Below are positions 49,631-58,469 of a stretch of DNA of 64,000 nt, one piece after another. Made by a program: the position numbers and the translations under genes. The notes beneath the pieces are model-generated. The model was not told the origin of the DNA. It searched no databases and saw only the letters and a list, made by a program, of their open reading frames with translations. Every line of letters starts with the position of its first letter. Position 1 is the stretch's first letter. Origin of the DNA: Candidatus Edwardsbacteria bacterium RifOxyA12_full_54_48 (GTDB lineage Bacteria; Edwardsbacteria; AC1; EtOH8); contig MFFN01000004.1 of assembly GCA_001777915.1 (NCBI GenBank), forward strand, positions 617,744 through 681,743. The letters run 5' to 3'.

Positions 49631-50482
49631 ATGAAATCCCGCAAGAACAATTTCACCAAGGAGGTCATTTCATCCCTGGGCCAGGACAACGGAGAGACCG
49701 CGGAAATATTGAAACAGGTGGAGGCGGTGCGCCGGGAGAAGGCCGACAGCCTGTACAGCGATCTGATATTCACCCTGGTCCACCTTCACTTCAGCGAGAA
49801 CCAGGCCAAACAGCACTGGGAGAAGGTGCTGCAGCACAAGCAGGAGATGAGCCGGAAGCTGGGCCGCAATGTGGGGGTCAGGGTGGCCCTGCTGGATTAT
49901 TTCATCAACCTCCAGCAGCAGATCCAGAATCCCAAGATCATCGAGATTGACCTGTTCGAGAAGACCCTGCTGTCGGCGGTGACCGACGGCCTGACCGGGC
50001 TCTACAATCACCGTTTTTTCCAGGACCGTCTGGACGAGGAGGTGGAGAGGGCCCGGCGCTACGGGATGTCCTTCTCCCTGCTGATGATCGATGTGGACGA
50101 TTTCAAGATCTACAACGACACCAACGGGCATATCGCCGGAGATGTGCTGCTGGTTGAGATCTCCAAGATCCTGCTGCGGGCGGTGCGCAAGGTGGATGCC
50201 ACCTCCCGCTACGGGGGCGAAGAATTCACCATCATCCTGCCCTCCACCAAAAAGAAGGGGGCCCTGACCATCGCCGGGCGGATCTGCCAGAAGATAGCCG
50301 CTGGACGTTTTCCCAATCAGAAGGTGATGCCGGGCGGCAAAATCACGGTCAGCGCTGGGGTGGCCTCGTTCCCCGATGACGGGGCCAGCAAGATCGAGCT
50401 GCTGGATTGCGCCGACAAACTGTTGTATAGGGCCAAGGCCATGGGAAAGAACCAGGCTTTTGGGATCTGCGTGGAGGAGTGA
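49631..50482 (+). CDS. GGDEF-domain diguanylate cyclase with N-terminal uncharacterised sensory region
   Basis: 'DGLTGLYNHRFF' start of GGDEF, 'RYGGEEF' active site (GGEEF), I-site 'RxxD' upstream. Confidence 0.8.
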   Translation: MKSRKNNFTKEVISSLGQDNGETAEILKQVEAVRREKADSLYSDLIFTLVHLHFSENQAKQHWEKVLQHKQEMSRKLGRNVGVRVALLDYFINLQQQIQNPKIIEIDLFEKTLLSAVTDGLTGLYNHRFFQDRLDEEVERARRYGMSFSLLMIDVDDFKIYNDTNGHIAGDVLLVEISKILLRAVRKVDATSRYGGEEFTIILPSTKKKGALTIAGRICQKIAAGRFPNQKVMPGGKITVSAGVASFPDDGASKIELLDCADKLLYRAKAMGKNQAFGICVEE

Positions 50483-51654
50483 AGTTGATAAAAAGGCCGG
50501 CGAACATCGATAATTATGTCATAGAATGGCGCAGACATTTCCATAAAAATCCCGAGCTCTCCTTCGGAGAATTTCAAACCTCCCGGGCGGTGGCGGCCGA
50601 ATTGAAAAAGCTGGGAATGGCCGTCAAAACCAGGGTGGGCGGCACCGGGGTGGTGGGCCTGCTGCGGGGCGGCCGCAAAGGGAGGACCCTGGCATTGAGG
50701 GCCGACATGGACGCCCTGCCGGTCAAGGAGGAGAACAAAACATCCTATATTTCTAAAAATCCCGGGGTAATGCATGCCTGCGGGCACGACGGACACATGG
50801 CCATGCTGCTGGGTGCGGCAAAAATGTTGTCCTCCCAAAGAAACCAGATCAGGGGCCAGGTGAAATTCCTTTTCCAGCCGGGGGAGGAAACGCCCCCCGG
50901 CGGCGCCCTGGGAATGATTAGGGACGGGGCCATGGAGGGTCCAAAAGTGGATGCCGTCTTCGCCCTGCATCTTGATTCATCCCTTCCCACAGGTAAGGTG
51001 GGGCTCTGCAGGGGGCCGATGATGGCGGCCTCTGACAACTTCGAGATAACCATCGCCGGAAAGGGCGGCCATGCCGCCCGGCCCCATGACTGCCTGGACC
51101 CGGTGACCGCTGCGGCCCAGATAATCATGGGCCTGCAGACCATAGTCAGCCGAAAGGTCGATCCGGTACATCCGGCGGTGGTGACCGTGGGTAAGATCCG
51201 GGCCGGCAGCAAGCACAATATAATCCCCCAGGAAGCCATCTTGATCGGCACCGCCCGCACCATCGATCCCTATTCCACCAAAATGATGCCCCTCTGGATC
51301 AGACAGTTGGCCGAAGGGATCGCCCGGGCCAACGGCCTGAAAGCCAGGGTTGGTTATGAGAGGGGCTATCCGGTGCTGTTCAACGATCCGGACATGGTCG
51401 ATTTCTGTGAAAAGGCGATAGCTTCGCGGTACGGCAAAAAGGCGCCGGTCCGCATCACCCAGCCCATGATGGGCGGCGAGGACATGGCTTATTTTTTACA
51501 AAAGGTGCCGGGGGCCTTTTTGAGGCTGGGCAGCCGCCAAGGCCGGGAGACCGCCTTCCCCTGGCACCACCCCAAATTCAGCATCGACGAAAAAAGCCTT
51601 TCCCTGGGGGCCGGGATCCTGACGGAAATAGCATTAAATTTTCTATCCCAATAG
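50479..51654 (+). CDS. M20/M40 amidohydrolase (hippurate hydrolase / N-acyl-amino-acid amidohydrolase family)
   Basis: 'RADMDALPV', 'MHACGHDGH', and the metal-binding 'FQPGEE'. GTG start overlapping the upstream gene by 4 bp. Confidence 0.8.
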   Translation: MKLIKRPANIDNYVIEWRRHFHKNPELSFGEFQTSRAVAAELKKLGMAVKTRVGGTGVVGLLRGGRKGRTLALRADMDALPVKEENKTSYISKNPGVMHACGHDGHMAMLLGAAKMLSSQRNQIRGQVKFLFQPGEETPPGGALGMIRDGAMEGPKVDAVFALHLDSSLPTGKVGLCRGPMMAASDNFEITIAGKGGHAARPHDCLDPVTAAAQIIMGLQTIVSRKVDPVHPAVVTVGKIRAGSKHNIIPQEAILIGTARTIDPYSTKMMPLWIRQLAEGIARANGLKARVGYERGYPVLFNDPDMVDFCEKAIASRYGKKAPVRITQPMMGGEDMAYFLQKVPGAFLRLGSRQGRETAFPWHHPKFSIDEKSLSLGAGILTEIALNFLSQ

Positions 51655-51668
51655 CGAGGAGCAATCAG

Positions 51669-52226
51669 ATGTCAGGCAGAATCAATAATCTTTATTTCTG
51701 GGTAACGGTAGGTTATCTTTTTTTATCCTGCGCCAAGCCGGTGGAGATCATAATTCCGGATGATCCGGTATATCCCACAGCGGGTACCGCCACCGTAGAT
51801 AACAAGGCTGTGGCAAATTACACCGGGAGCGGATTTCTCTTTTCAACCGCCCAGGTGATATTCTATCCCAACACCAGCGAGGTCTTTCCGGACATTTCGG
51901 CAAGAGTATCTGCGGCCCCCGCATATATGCCGCAATTTTGGTCGATAGACGGCAGTTCGGCCTTCAAATTGCTGGATAGTTCTCCGGACTCATCAACCGC
52001 CTTTGCCTTTTTCGACTCTTTGGCGGCCATTGGGGATACCTCGGGGTTTGGCTCCCCGATATCCGGCCTGGCGGCATACCGGACCGTTGCGGTCAGGGCA
52101 CACCAGAACAAATATGCCAAGATCCTGATCACCAAAATAACGGTCGACAGCAGCAACAGCATTATCGAGACGACCTTCAAATGGGTCTACCAGCCCGACG
52201 GCAGCCTGATCTTCCCGTCACCCTGA
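51669..52226 (+). CDS. Hypothetical lipoprotein
   Basis: Signal peptide ending LSCAK. No motif recognised. Confidence 0.3.
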   Translation: MSGRINNLYFWVTVGYLFLSCAKPVEIIIPDDPVYPTAGTATVDNKAVANYTGSGFLFSTAQVIFYPNTSEVFPDISARVSAAPAYMPQFWSIDGSSAFKLLDSSPDSSTAFAFFDSLAAIGDTSGFGSPISGLAAYRTVAVRAHQNKYAKILITKITVDSSNSIIETTFKWVYQPDGSLIFPSP

Positions 52227-52246
52227 ATGATGCAATTGATAGGCCT

Positions 52247-53803
52247 ATGAATCACCCTTCAAGAACAACCATCCTGCTGCTGGCCTGGGCCTTGATCTGG
52301 TCCGGTGCAGCGGCCTTCCGGGCGGAATGGCGCCAGTACCGGAGCTTCGGCGGCGCTACCTTCGAGGGCGACATCAGGACCATCATCTCCGATACCCGCT
52401 TTGTCTACGCCTTTTCCTCCGTCTCCGGGGCCAGATACGACAAGCTGTTCGACCAGTGGGATTTTTCGTTCATCGGGCATCTGCCGCCCGGCAGCTACCA
52501 GTTTGCGGCCTTGGACCATTACTTCAACGACCTCTATTTTGTCTATGCCGACAAAATGATCCCCTACCGCCTGATATCCGACATGCAGAACCCCGCCATC
52601 TATCTTCCCGAAGCCATCATCCGGGTGGCCTTCGACGGCCGGGGCATCTGGGTCCAGACCTCCGGAGGGTATTACCTGTGCGACCGCTGGTCCGGAAAGT
52701 GCAATAAGAATGCGTCCGTCCCCCAGCAGCTGGAATGGTTCGGCCGGGTTGATGCTGAATCGCTCAGAAGCAACAGCCGGCTGTATTTTTTGGCCCAGCC
52801 GATCTGGGACAGCTGGGCCGGCCGGCACTATCTGACCGCCTATGCCACGGAGTTTGCCGGCAACTATGCCTGGGCGGCCTATTCCGGATTGGGGCTGTGG
52901 AAGTATGACCTGATAACCAAGGAAAAGACCCAGTTGACCAGCGGGTTTTTGGCCAGCACCGGGGTTGCCGGACTGTACGCCAGCGGCGGCACCGTGGGCA
53001 TGACCGGTCCGGGCGGGGTGACGCTGGTGGACGCCGGACGCGACCACTGGCAGCAGCTGAACAAGCTGTTCAACCTGGACCTGACTGGCTACAGCCTGAA
53101 CTGTCTAGCCTTTGACGATAAGAAAATATTCATCGGGACCGACCGGGGGATTATTGTCCTCAAGAGGGGGGACGATTTCGCCTCCACCCTGACCCGTTAT
53201 GACGGGCTGCCCGACGATGCGGTCACGGCCCTGCTGCTGCAATCCGACACCCTTTGGATCGGCACCAGGTATGGCCCGGCGGTCTACCTGATTAAAGCCG
53301 GGAGAAAGGCCGAAAGTTGGGAGGGGCAGGAGGACAGGACAATTCACCAGATGGCCGCCGATCAGAGATTCCTTTACCTGGCCACCAGCCGGGGGGGCCT
53401 GATGTTGGACCGGACGGACAGCCTTAAGATATTCCGTTACGATGCCAGCTCCCCGCCGGAGCTGGATGAAGAAATCCTGGGGGTGGCCGTCGACGGGGCT
53501 TGGGTCTGGTGGCTGGCCCCGGACCTGCTGATGCGTTATGACCGGAAAAACTTCGTCTGGGAAAAATATCCCCGGGCGGGCAATTATAACGCCGGCCGGG
53601 CACTATGCCTGGCGGTGGATGACAGGAACCTTTGGATCGGCACCGATGCCGGGTTGGTGCGACTCAATAAAGATAAAAACCTGTGGACGGTGTACCGCAA
53701 GGAGGATGGATTGCTGAATGATTATGTGACCAGTCTGGCCTCGGTGGACGGAGCATTGTGGATCGGGGGAGAGACCGGCCTGACAAAATTTTTCTGGAAA
53801 TAA
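52247..53803 (+). CDS. Secreted beta-propeller protein with two-component-regulator-propeller-like repeats
   Basis: Recurrent 'LWIGT(R/D)(Y/A)G' and 'ALWIGGETGL' motifs, as in Reg_prop/Y_Y_Y sensor propellers. Signal peptide at the internal Met. Confidence 0.45.
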   Translation: MNHPSRTTILLLAWALIWSGAAAFRAEWRQYRSFGGATFEGDIRTIISDTRFVYAFSSVSGARYDKLFDQWDFSFIGHLPPGSYQFAALDHYFNDLYFVYADKMIPYRLISDMQNPAIYLPEAIIRVAFDGRGIWVQTSGGYYLCDRWSGKCNKNASVPQQLEWFGRVDAESLRSNSRLYFLAQPIWDSWAGRHYLTAYATEFAGNYAWAAYSGLGLWKYDLITKEKTQLTSGFLASTGVAGLYASGGTVGMTGPGGVTLVDAGRDHWQQLNKLFNLDLTGYSLNCLAFDDKKIFIGTDRGIIVLKRGDDFASTLTRYDGLPDDAVTALLLQSDTLWIGTRYGPAVYLIKAGRKAESWEGQEDRTIHQMAADQRFLYLATSRGGLMLDRTDSLKIFRYDASSPPELDEEILGVAVDGAWVWWLAPDLLMRYDRKNFVWEKYPRAGNYNAGRALCLAVDDRNLWIGTDAGLVRLNKDKNLWTVYRKEDGLLNDYVTSLASVDGALWIGGETGLTKFFWK

Positions 53804-54335
53804 TCCGCCGGACAAAATAATAAAATGCCTTGGGTCATCAAGAGGCGACGAAACAACGCGGTGCAATATTCAGGCTGCTTAGGGCCGGGCCCAAACCAGC
53901 CGGGATTGAAAACAGAATCTTTTGTCTGGTAGGAGATTTACTTTAAAGTGTGACATTTAATAAAATATGTGCCATAATGTCGCAAATTTATTAAATCTAT
54001 AAATAACAATACCTTAACATATCTAATCCTTTCGACAATAAGAGCCAGTGAGACATAATGTCTCATTGGCTTTTGTGTTTTAATATAAAGGCAACATATA
54101 TAAATTATAACATATTGTGATGCATCGTCTTGATTAAATAGAAAAAGAATTGCTTCTTGGCATGAATATTGGAAACCTTAATAAATGACAGTCATTTTAA
54201 AGTCATTCAAGAAACAGCTAATTTGAAAGCAGATGAAACTCAGTCTCCGGTGGTTCCCACGGGAATCGTTCCAGATGTTTGATCACTTAGCGGTACCAAA
54301 GGCCCATCCAGCTTCCATGACAAAGGTGGCATAAA
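53804..54335. other. AT-rich (~30% GC) 530-bp non-coding tract. No ORF; palindromes present.
   Basis: Near-perfect 13-bp inverted repeat gccagtgagacat|aatgtctcattggc at ~54.04 kb. Also 'tgacagtcattttaaagtcattca' direct repeats. The base-composition break against flanking 60-65% GC is sharp. Confidence 0.6.
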
Positions 54336-55580
54336 ATGGAGCAGAATATTTATCCCGTGATATTTGTCCCCGGGATCATGGAGACGGAGTTGTCCGGCCC
54401 CTGCCCGTTGGACCACCGGGCGGCCTGCCATCCGACCTTCGACAAGATGACGGCCGATCTTGATACCGTGAAGCTGGACGACCATGGCGATTACCACCGC
54501 CCGCCGAACCGGCGGATATGCCGGAATGAGGTGTTCTCTTTGGTTTACGGCGAGATGATTGCCGCGCTGCGGGAGAGCCTGCCGCTGGATCAGGAAGAAT
54601 GCGCCAGGGTCTATGTCTTTCCCTACGACTGGAGGCGCTCCATCAGCCATAACGCCGCCCGGCTGGCGGATTTCGTGGAGCGGATCATCCGCAGCAGCCA
54701 GGCCCATCCCCCGTACCGCCGGCGGGGGATCAAGCCGGACAAGGTGAATATCGTCGGCCACAGCGTGGGGGGATGTCTGGCCAAGCATTACGCCACGGCG
54801 CTGTTGGGCGAGGGCCGGGTAAATCGGATGGTGATGCTGGCTTCCCCGCTACGGGGCTCATTGTGCGCCTTGAAGCACCTGATAACGGGCGAAACCTGGT
54901 TCTTCGACTGGTTGAACGGCAAAAGTCAGCGGCGCTATGCCCGGACCCTTCCCGGGATATACCATCTGCTGCCCTATGACGGCTTTGCCAATCCAGAGGA
55001 GAAGCTGATGTGGCCCAGCCCGGCGGCAGAGAGAAGGGGCCAGCCGGTCAATATCTTCGATCCCTCCGGCTGGCAGGACAATGTGGCCGCCCAGGTCGGG
55101 CCGGAGGTGTTGGCCAGCCACCTGGACAATGCCTACAATTACTACCGCAACGCCCGGGATTTCTCCCCGGAGTTCCGAAAGAACGTCCTGATGGTTTACG
55201 GCAAGGGGGAGCGGACCCTGCGTGAGGTCAATATCGGCAGCCGCCAGCCGGTGGAGTACAACTTTCCCCGGGAGGATGGTTGCGGCGCCATCGGCGACGG
55301 CACGGTGCCGGCGGTCAGCACCTACAGCCAGGGCATCTACCAAGCCTGTGTCACCAAGAAAAAGATGGGTGACTGGGAGCTGGACCTGGGTCGGGTGGCC
55401 GGTTTCCATGCCTCTTTCTGCGCCTACGACCTGGTCCAGGACCTGGTGATATCCTTCCTGACCGGAAGGGTTATCAGGACGGTGCGGAGGGAATTCAAGC
55501 TGACCGAGATAGAACAACTGCCCAAGTTCACTCCGGACCAGGTGGACAAGCTGGACCGGGAGCCCATCTGCCGGTTCTGA
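54336..55580 (+). CDS. LCAT-like / PGAP1-like alpha/beta-hydrolase (putative lipase or phospholipase/acyltransferase)
   Basis: 'YPVIFVPGIMETEL' N-terminal lid, 'FPYDWR' (the YDWR motif of the LCAT family), the nucleophile elbow 'VGHSVGG' (GxSxG), and a distal 'GDGTVP' Asp/His region. Confidence 0.55.
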   Translation: MEQNIYPVIFVPGIMETELSGPCPLDHRAACHPTFDKMTADLDTVKLDDHGDYHRPPNRRICRNEVFSLVYGEMIAALRESLPLDQEECARVYVFPYDWRRSISHNAARLADFVERIIRSSQAHPPYRRRGIKPDKVNIVGHSVGGCLAKHYATALLGEGRVNRMVMLASPLRGSLCALKHLITGETWFFDWLNGKSQRRYARTLPGIYHLLPYDGFANPEEKLMWPSPAAERRGQPVNIFDPSGWQDNVAAQVGPEVLASHLDNAYNYYRNARDFSPEFRKNVLMVYGKGERTLREVNIGSRQPVEYNFPREDGCGAIGDGTVPAVSTYSQGIYQACVTKKKMGDWELDLGRVAGFHASFCAYDLVQDLVISFLTGRVIRTVRREFKLTEIEQLPKFTPDQVDKLDREPICRF

Positions 55581-55753
55581 TACCGGATGGCGGGCTGTCC
55601 CTGTGCCGGCAGAGGAGTTAAGCGCTGCATCCTGCCCGTGCTGGGGGCCATTCCCCCCAATCGGGCGGACTCCGCAGTCGGGGCTGGTCGAGCCTGATGA
55701 TCGACCGGAGAACCCGGTTGATAAAAACCAACATATAAACGAAAGGAAAAAGC

Positions 55754-56089
55754 ATGAACGGCAATCCCGAAGAGGAAAAAACCAAGGACGCCCCGGCGGC
55801 GGCCAGGATCGTCAAGGGACCGGGGCTTTTTGAGACCACCCGGGGGAATGCCTCCGAGGCCTATCTCATCCTGCGCAGCAAGGGCAAGACCGTCCCATAT
55901 GCCTGGGTGAAGTCAGCGCAGGAATCCAGAAAAAAAAGGCAGGACGAGCTGGGGATCAAACTGAAAGAGAAAAGCCTGGACGCCTTCCCCATATTGCGGC
56001 AATGGGAGAGTGCGCTGGAGAAGGAACGGTTTTATTACGGGCTTCGGGCCCTGTTCGATCTGGAGCAGAACGGGGAGACCAAGCTGTAG
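55754..56089 (+). CDS. Hypothetical protein (111 aa)
   Basis: ORF with no recognisable motif. Part of the orphan cassette. Confidence 0.3.
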   Translation: MNGNPEEEKTKDAPAAARIVKGPGLFETTRGNASEAYLILRSKGKTVPYAWVKSAQESRKKRQDELGIKLKEKSLDAFPILRQWESALEKERFYYGLRALFDLEQNGETKL

Positions 56090-56151
56090 ACAGGCAACAG
56101 GGGACAGGGATCAGGACGGCAAGCATCAATGAATATAATGGAGGCTCCACC

Positions 56152-56787
56152 ATGGCATCTTCAGGCAATCAAGCGCAAAAGTACAAATGCCCCTGCGGCA
56201 AGAGTTATTACACCGTCCACAGCTACTACGATCAGGCCGGCTTGTTTGACGAGCATTGGGAGATGAACTGCTGCCGATGCAAACAGCGCTACCAGCTCAG
56301 TTCGCTCCTCAAGGAGAGCGGCCGGGGCCTCAACGAGGCCTATCTCTGGGCCCCAATAAACATCTTCAGCGAGCTGGCCATCGTGGAGGACCAGTTGCAC
56401 CGGGCCCAGGGCGATATGCTGGCCCTGGCCCGGGAGCTGTATCTGGATCGCTGGCTTGGGCACTTCTCCGGGGTTAAGGCCAGAAAAGATATCTGGCGGC
56501 GCCTGACCGACGGCGGGAAACGGGAGCCCAGCTACCGGCTGTTCGTTCGTTCGGCGCCCCGGGACAATCTGGAGGACTATCTGCAGAGATACTTCCACTA
56601 TTTCAACGTGGACCATATCCTGGAGAAGCTGGGGGTGCGGGACATCCGGCTGGATGAGATGAAAGGCCGGATCGCCGAACTGCAGACCGGCCGGGAAAGG
56701 GCCCAGGGCCTGCTGAGGATGGAAGGTTTTGCTGGACGGAGCGAATACCGGTGGGGATCATCAATAAAAACCGATAGGCGTGTATAG
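56152..56787 (+). CDS. Hypothetical protein with N-terminal Cys4 zinc-ribbon-like motif (212 aa)
   Basis: 'KCPCGKSYY…NCCRCKQRY' looks like a C-x-C…C-x2-C ribbon. The rest is helical/charged. Start taken at Met 56152. Confidence 0.3.
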   Translation: MASSGNQAQKYKCPCGKSYYTVHSYYDQAGLFDEHWEMNCCRCKQRYQLSSLLKESGRGLNEAYLWAPINIFSELAIVEDQLHRAQGDMLALARELYLDRWLGHFSGVKARKDIWRRLTDGGKREPSYRLFVRSAPRDNLEDYLQRYFHYFNVDHILEKLGVRDIRLDEMKGRIAELQTGRERAQGLLRMEGFAGRSEYRWGSSIKTDRRV

Positions 56788-56789
56788 TA

Positions 56790-57100
56790 GGGTCGGGATT
56801 CAGCCCCGACCCCGGCTATCATGTCATCCCGGTTCCGCAGCAAGTGCGGGATAAATTCCGACAGGGATGACGGGATTTAACTACCAAGACACTAAGACGC
56901 CAAGAATTTTTACTTAATACCGGACTAAGGTGTCATTCCTGCCCATCCCTCACTCCCTCACCGCTGCGGGGAGAGCCTGCACTGAGGACGGCAGTTATTT
57001 TTGCCGACCGAAGTGGAGGCCGATAGGCAGTGAGGGGTCAGGATAGGCGGGGAACCGGGGGCCGTCCCACATCTCTGACGCGGATATAACCACAGGAGAC
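56790..57100. repeat. Repeat tract with 'gtcatcccg…cgggat' hairpins, a 'ccaagacactaagacgccaag…ttacttaata' module, and a GC-rich imperfect palindrome
   Basis: Shares 'cactaagac…ttacttaata' with 21.17 kb and 20.14 kb. 'ggtgtcattcctgccc' is a half-hairpin. Confidence 0.55.
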
Positions 57101-57106
57101 AGGGAA

Positions 57107-57376
57107 ATGTATAGCATCGAGGTAAGCGAAAGGGAAAAAATGTTGGGCTACGCCCTGAGCCCCGTTCCGAATCCCGCCGGTAAACTGCCGGGGGAGCCGG
57201 AGCAGGTCCTGGCGGTGGCCTATACACTGGACGAAGAGAACCTGATCGTCAAAAAGCTGTATCCCATGGGGGGTTGCCGGTATTGGCATTTGAAAAAGGC
57301 CAGCGATGACTGGAGAACGGTGAGCAATGTGGAGCCCGACCCGGGAAAGGCCATCGAGCGGGCCAGGCTAGGATGA
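57107..57376 (+). CDS. Hypothetical protein (89 aa)
   Basis: ORF with a GGAG-like RBS (acaggagacagggaaATG). No motif recognised. Confidence 0.3.
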   Translation: MYSIEVSEREKMLGYALSPVPNPAGKLPGEPEQVLAVAYTLDEENLIVKKLYPMGGCRYWHLKKASDDWRTVSNVEPDPGKAIERARLG

Positions 57377-57599
57377 CCGCCTCCTCACTCCATCCAATTT
57401 GCCTGCCGGCACCAGTTGCTTGAGACCATCGGACAGGGGATGATTTTTTTATGCCGGGATGAAGGCCTTGGCCGGGCCTGCGGCCAGATCAAAGGCCGGA
57501 AGCGCAAGGCTAAAAAATCTCCCGGGGGTTCAGCGGCAAAACAGTTTTCATTTGACAAGCCATATCCAAAGCGGTATATTAATACTTGTAAAAGTATTT

Positions 57600-58060
57600 T
57601 TAAACCGCTTTTTTAACGCCTCGGCTCAGGGGAAACCGATGTTCAACCAACCCAGTATTAAGTTCAAAGATTAAAGAATAAAAGCCTTTGTGTATTTTGT
57701 GCACCTTTCGACTTGGCTCCGGGAATTCTTTGTGGTTAAAAGGTACCTGAGATTGCTTCGGCTGTGAATCTTTGGTGCCATCCCCGCAATGACACGGAAG
57801 GCAGGCAGAAAGCCGGTAAATAATGAAAGCCTTTGTGTCTTTGTGCTTAAAAGATTCTAAGGCTTGGCGGGTAGGCTGCCGGGCTCAGAATGACGAAAGC
57901 AATGACATAGGGCCGGAAATATCAGTGAAAATCCGTATTCCATTAAGCCTGGATTCCCGACTTCTCGGGAATGACACCTGGTGCAGGTTAAAAGAGTAAA
58001 AGTCTTTGTGCCTTAGTGTCTTGGTGGTTAATTCCGGTTTAAAATTAAAAATAAAGGAGC
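57600..58060. repeat. Non-coding tract containing direct-repeat unit X1 (~57730-57845) and several mosaic-repeat modules (hairpin 57951-57976)
   Basis: 'ttgtggttaaaaggtacctgagattgcttcggctgtgaatctttggtgccatccccgcaatgacacggaaggcaggcagaaagccgg…aagcctttgtg' is ~80% identical to 58769-58890. Hairpin 'ggattcccgacttctcgggaatgaca' is followed by 'cctggtgcaggttaaaag…ctttgtgccttagtgtcttggtggttaa'. Confidence 0.7.
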
Positions 58061-58064
58061 AGCC

Positions 58065-58469
58065 ATGATAGACCGCATGAACGAAGCCGTGATCAAGGCC
58101 CTGCTGGAGGCCATGCCGGGCGAGATCTCGGTGATCGACCACAACGACGAGGTGATCGGCTGGAACAAGCATGACACCCGGCTGTTCCATAGGCCCATGG
58201 ACAGCATGGGCATCAACTTCCGCAGCTGCCACCCCAAAAGCAGCCTGGCCAAGGTGGAGCAGATCGTGGAGGAGATGAAAAGCGGGAAGCGAGACAGCGC
58301 CAGGTTCTGGATAGACCTGCCGCTGGGACCCAACCAGGAGAAGCACAAGGTGCTGATAGAATTCTTCGCCCTGCGTGACCAGGATAAAAAATACCTGGGC
58401 TGCCTGGAGCACACCATGGATGTCCAGTACATCCGGGAGCTGGAGGGCGAGAAGCGGCTGCTGTCGTAA
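58065..58469 (+). CDS. Stand-alone PAS-like sensor domain protein (134 aa)
   Basis: 'ISVIDHNDEVIGWNKHDTRLFHRPMDSMGINFRSCHP…' and '…FFALRDQDKKYLGCLEHTMDVQYIRELE' follow the PAS fold pattern (ligand pocket, then a beta-sheet ending in D-V-T/Q-x-R). No output domain. Confidence 0.45.
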   Translation: MIDRMNEAVIKALLEAMPGEISVIDHNDEVIGWNKHDTRLFHRPMDSMGINFRSCHPKSSLAKVEQIVEEMKSGKRDSARFWIDLPLGPNQEKHKVLIEFFALRDQDKKYLGCLEHTMDVQYIRELEGEKRLLS

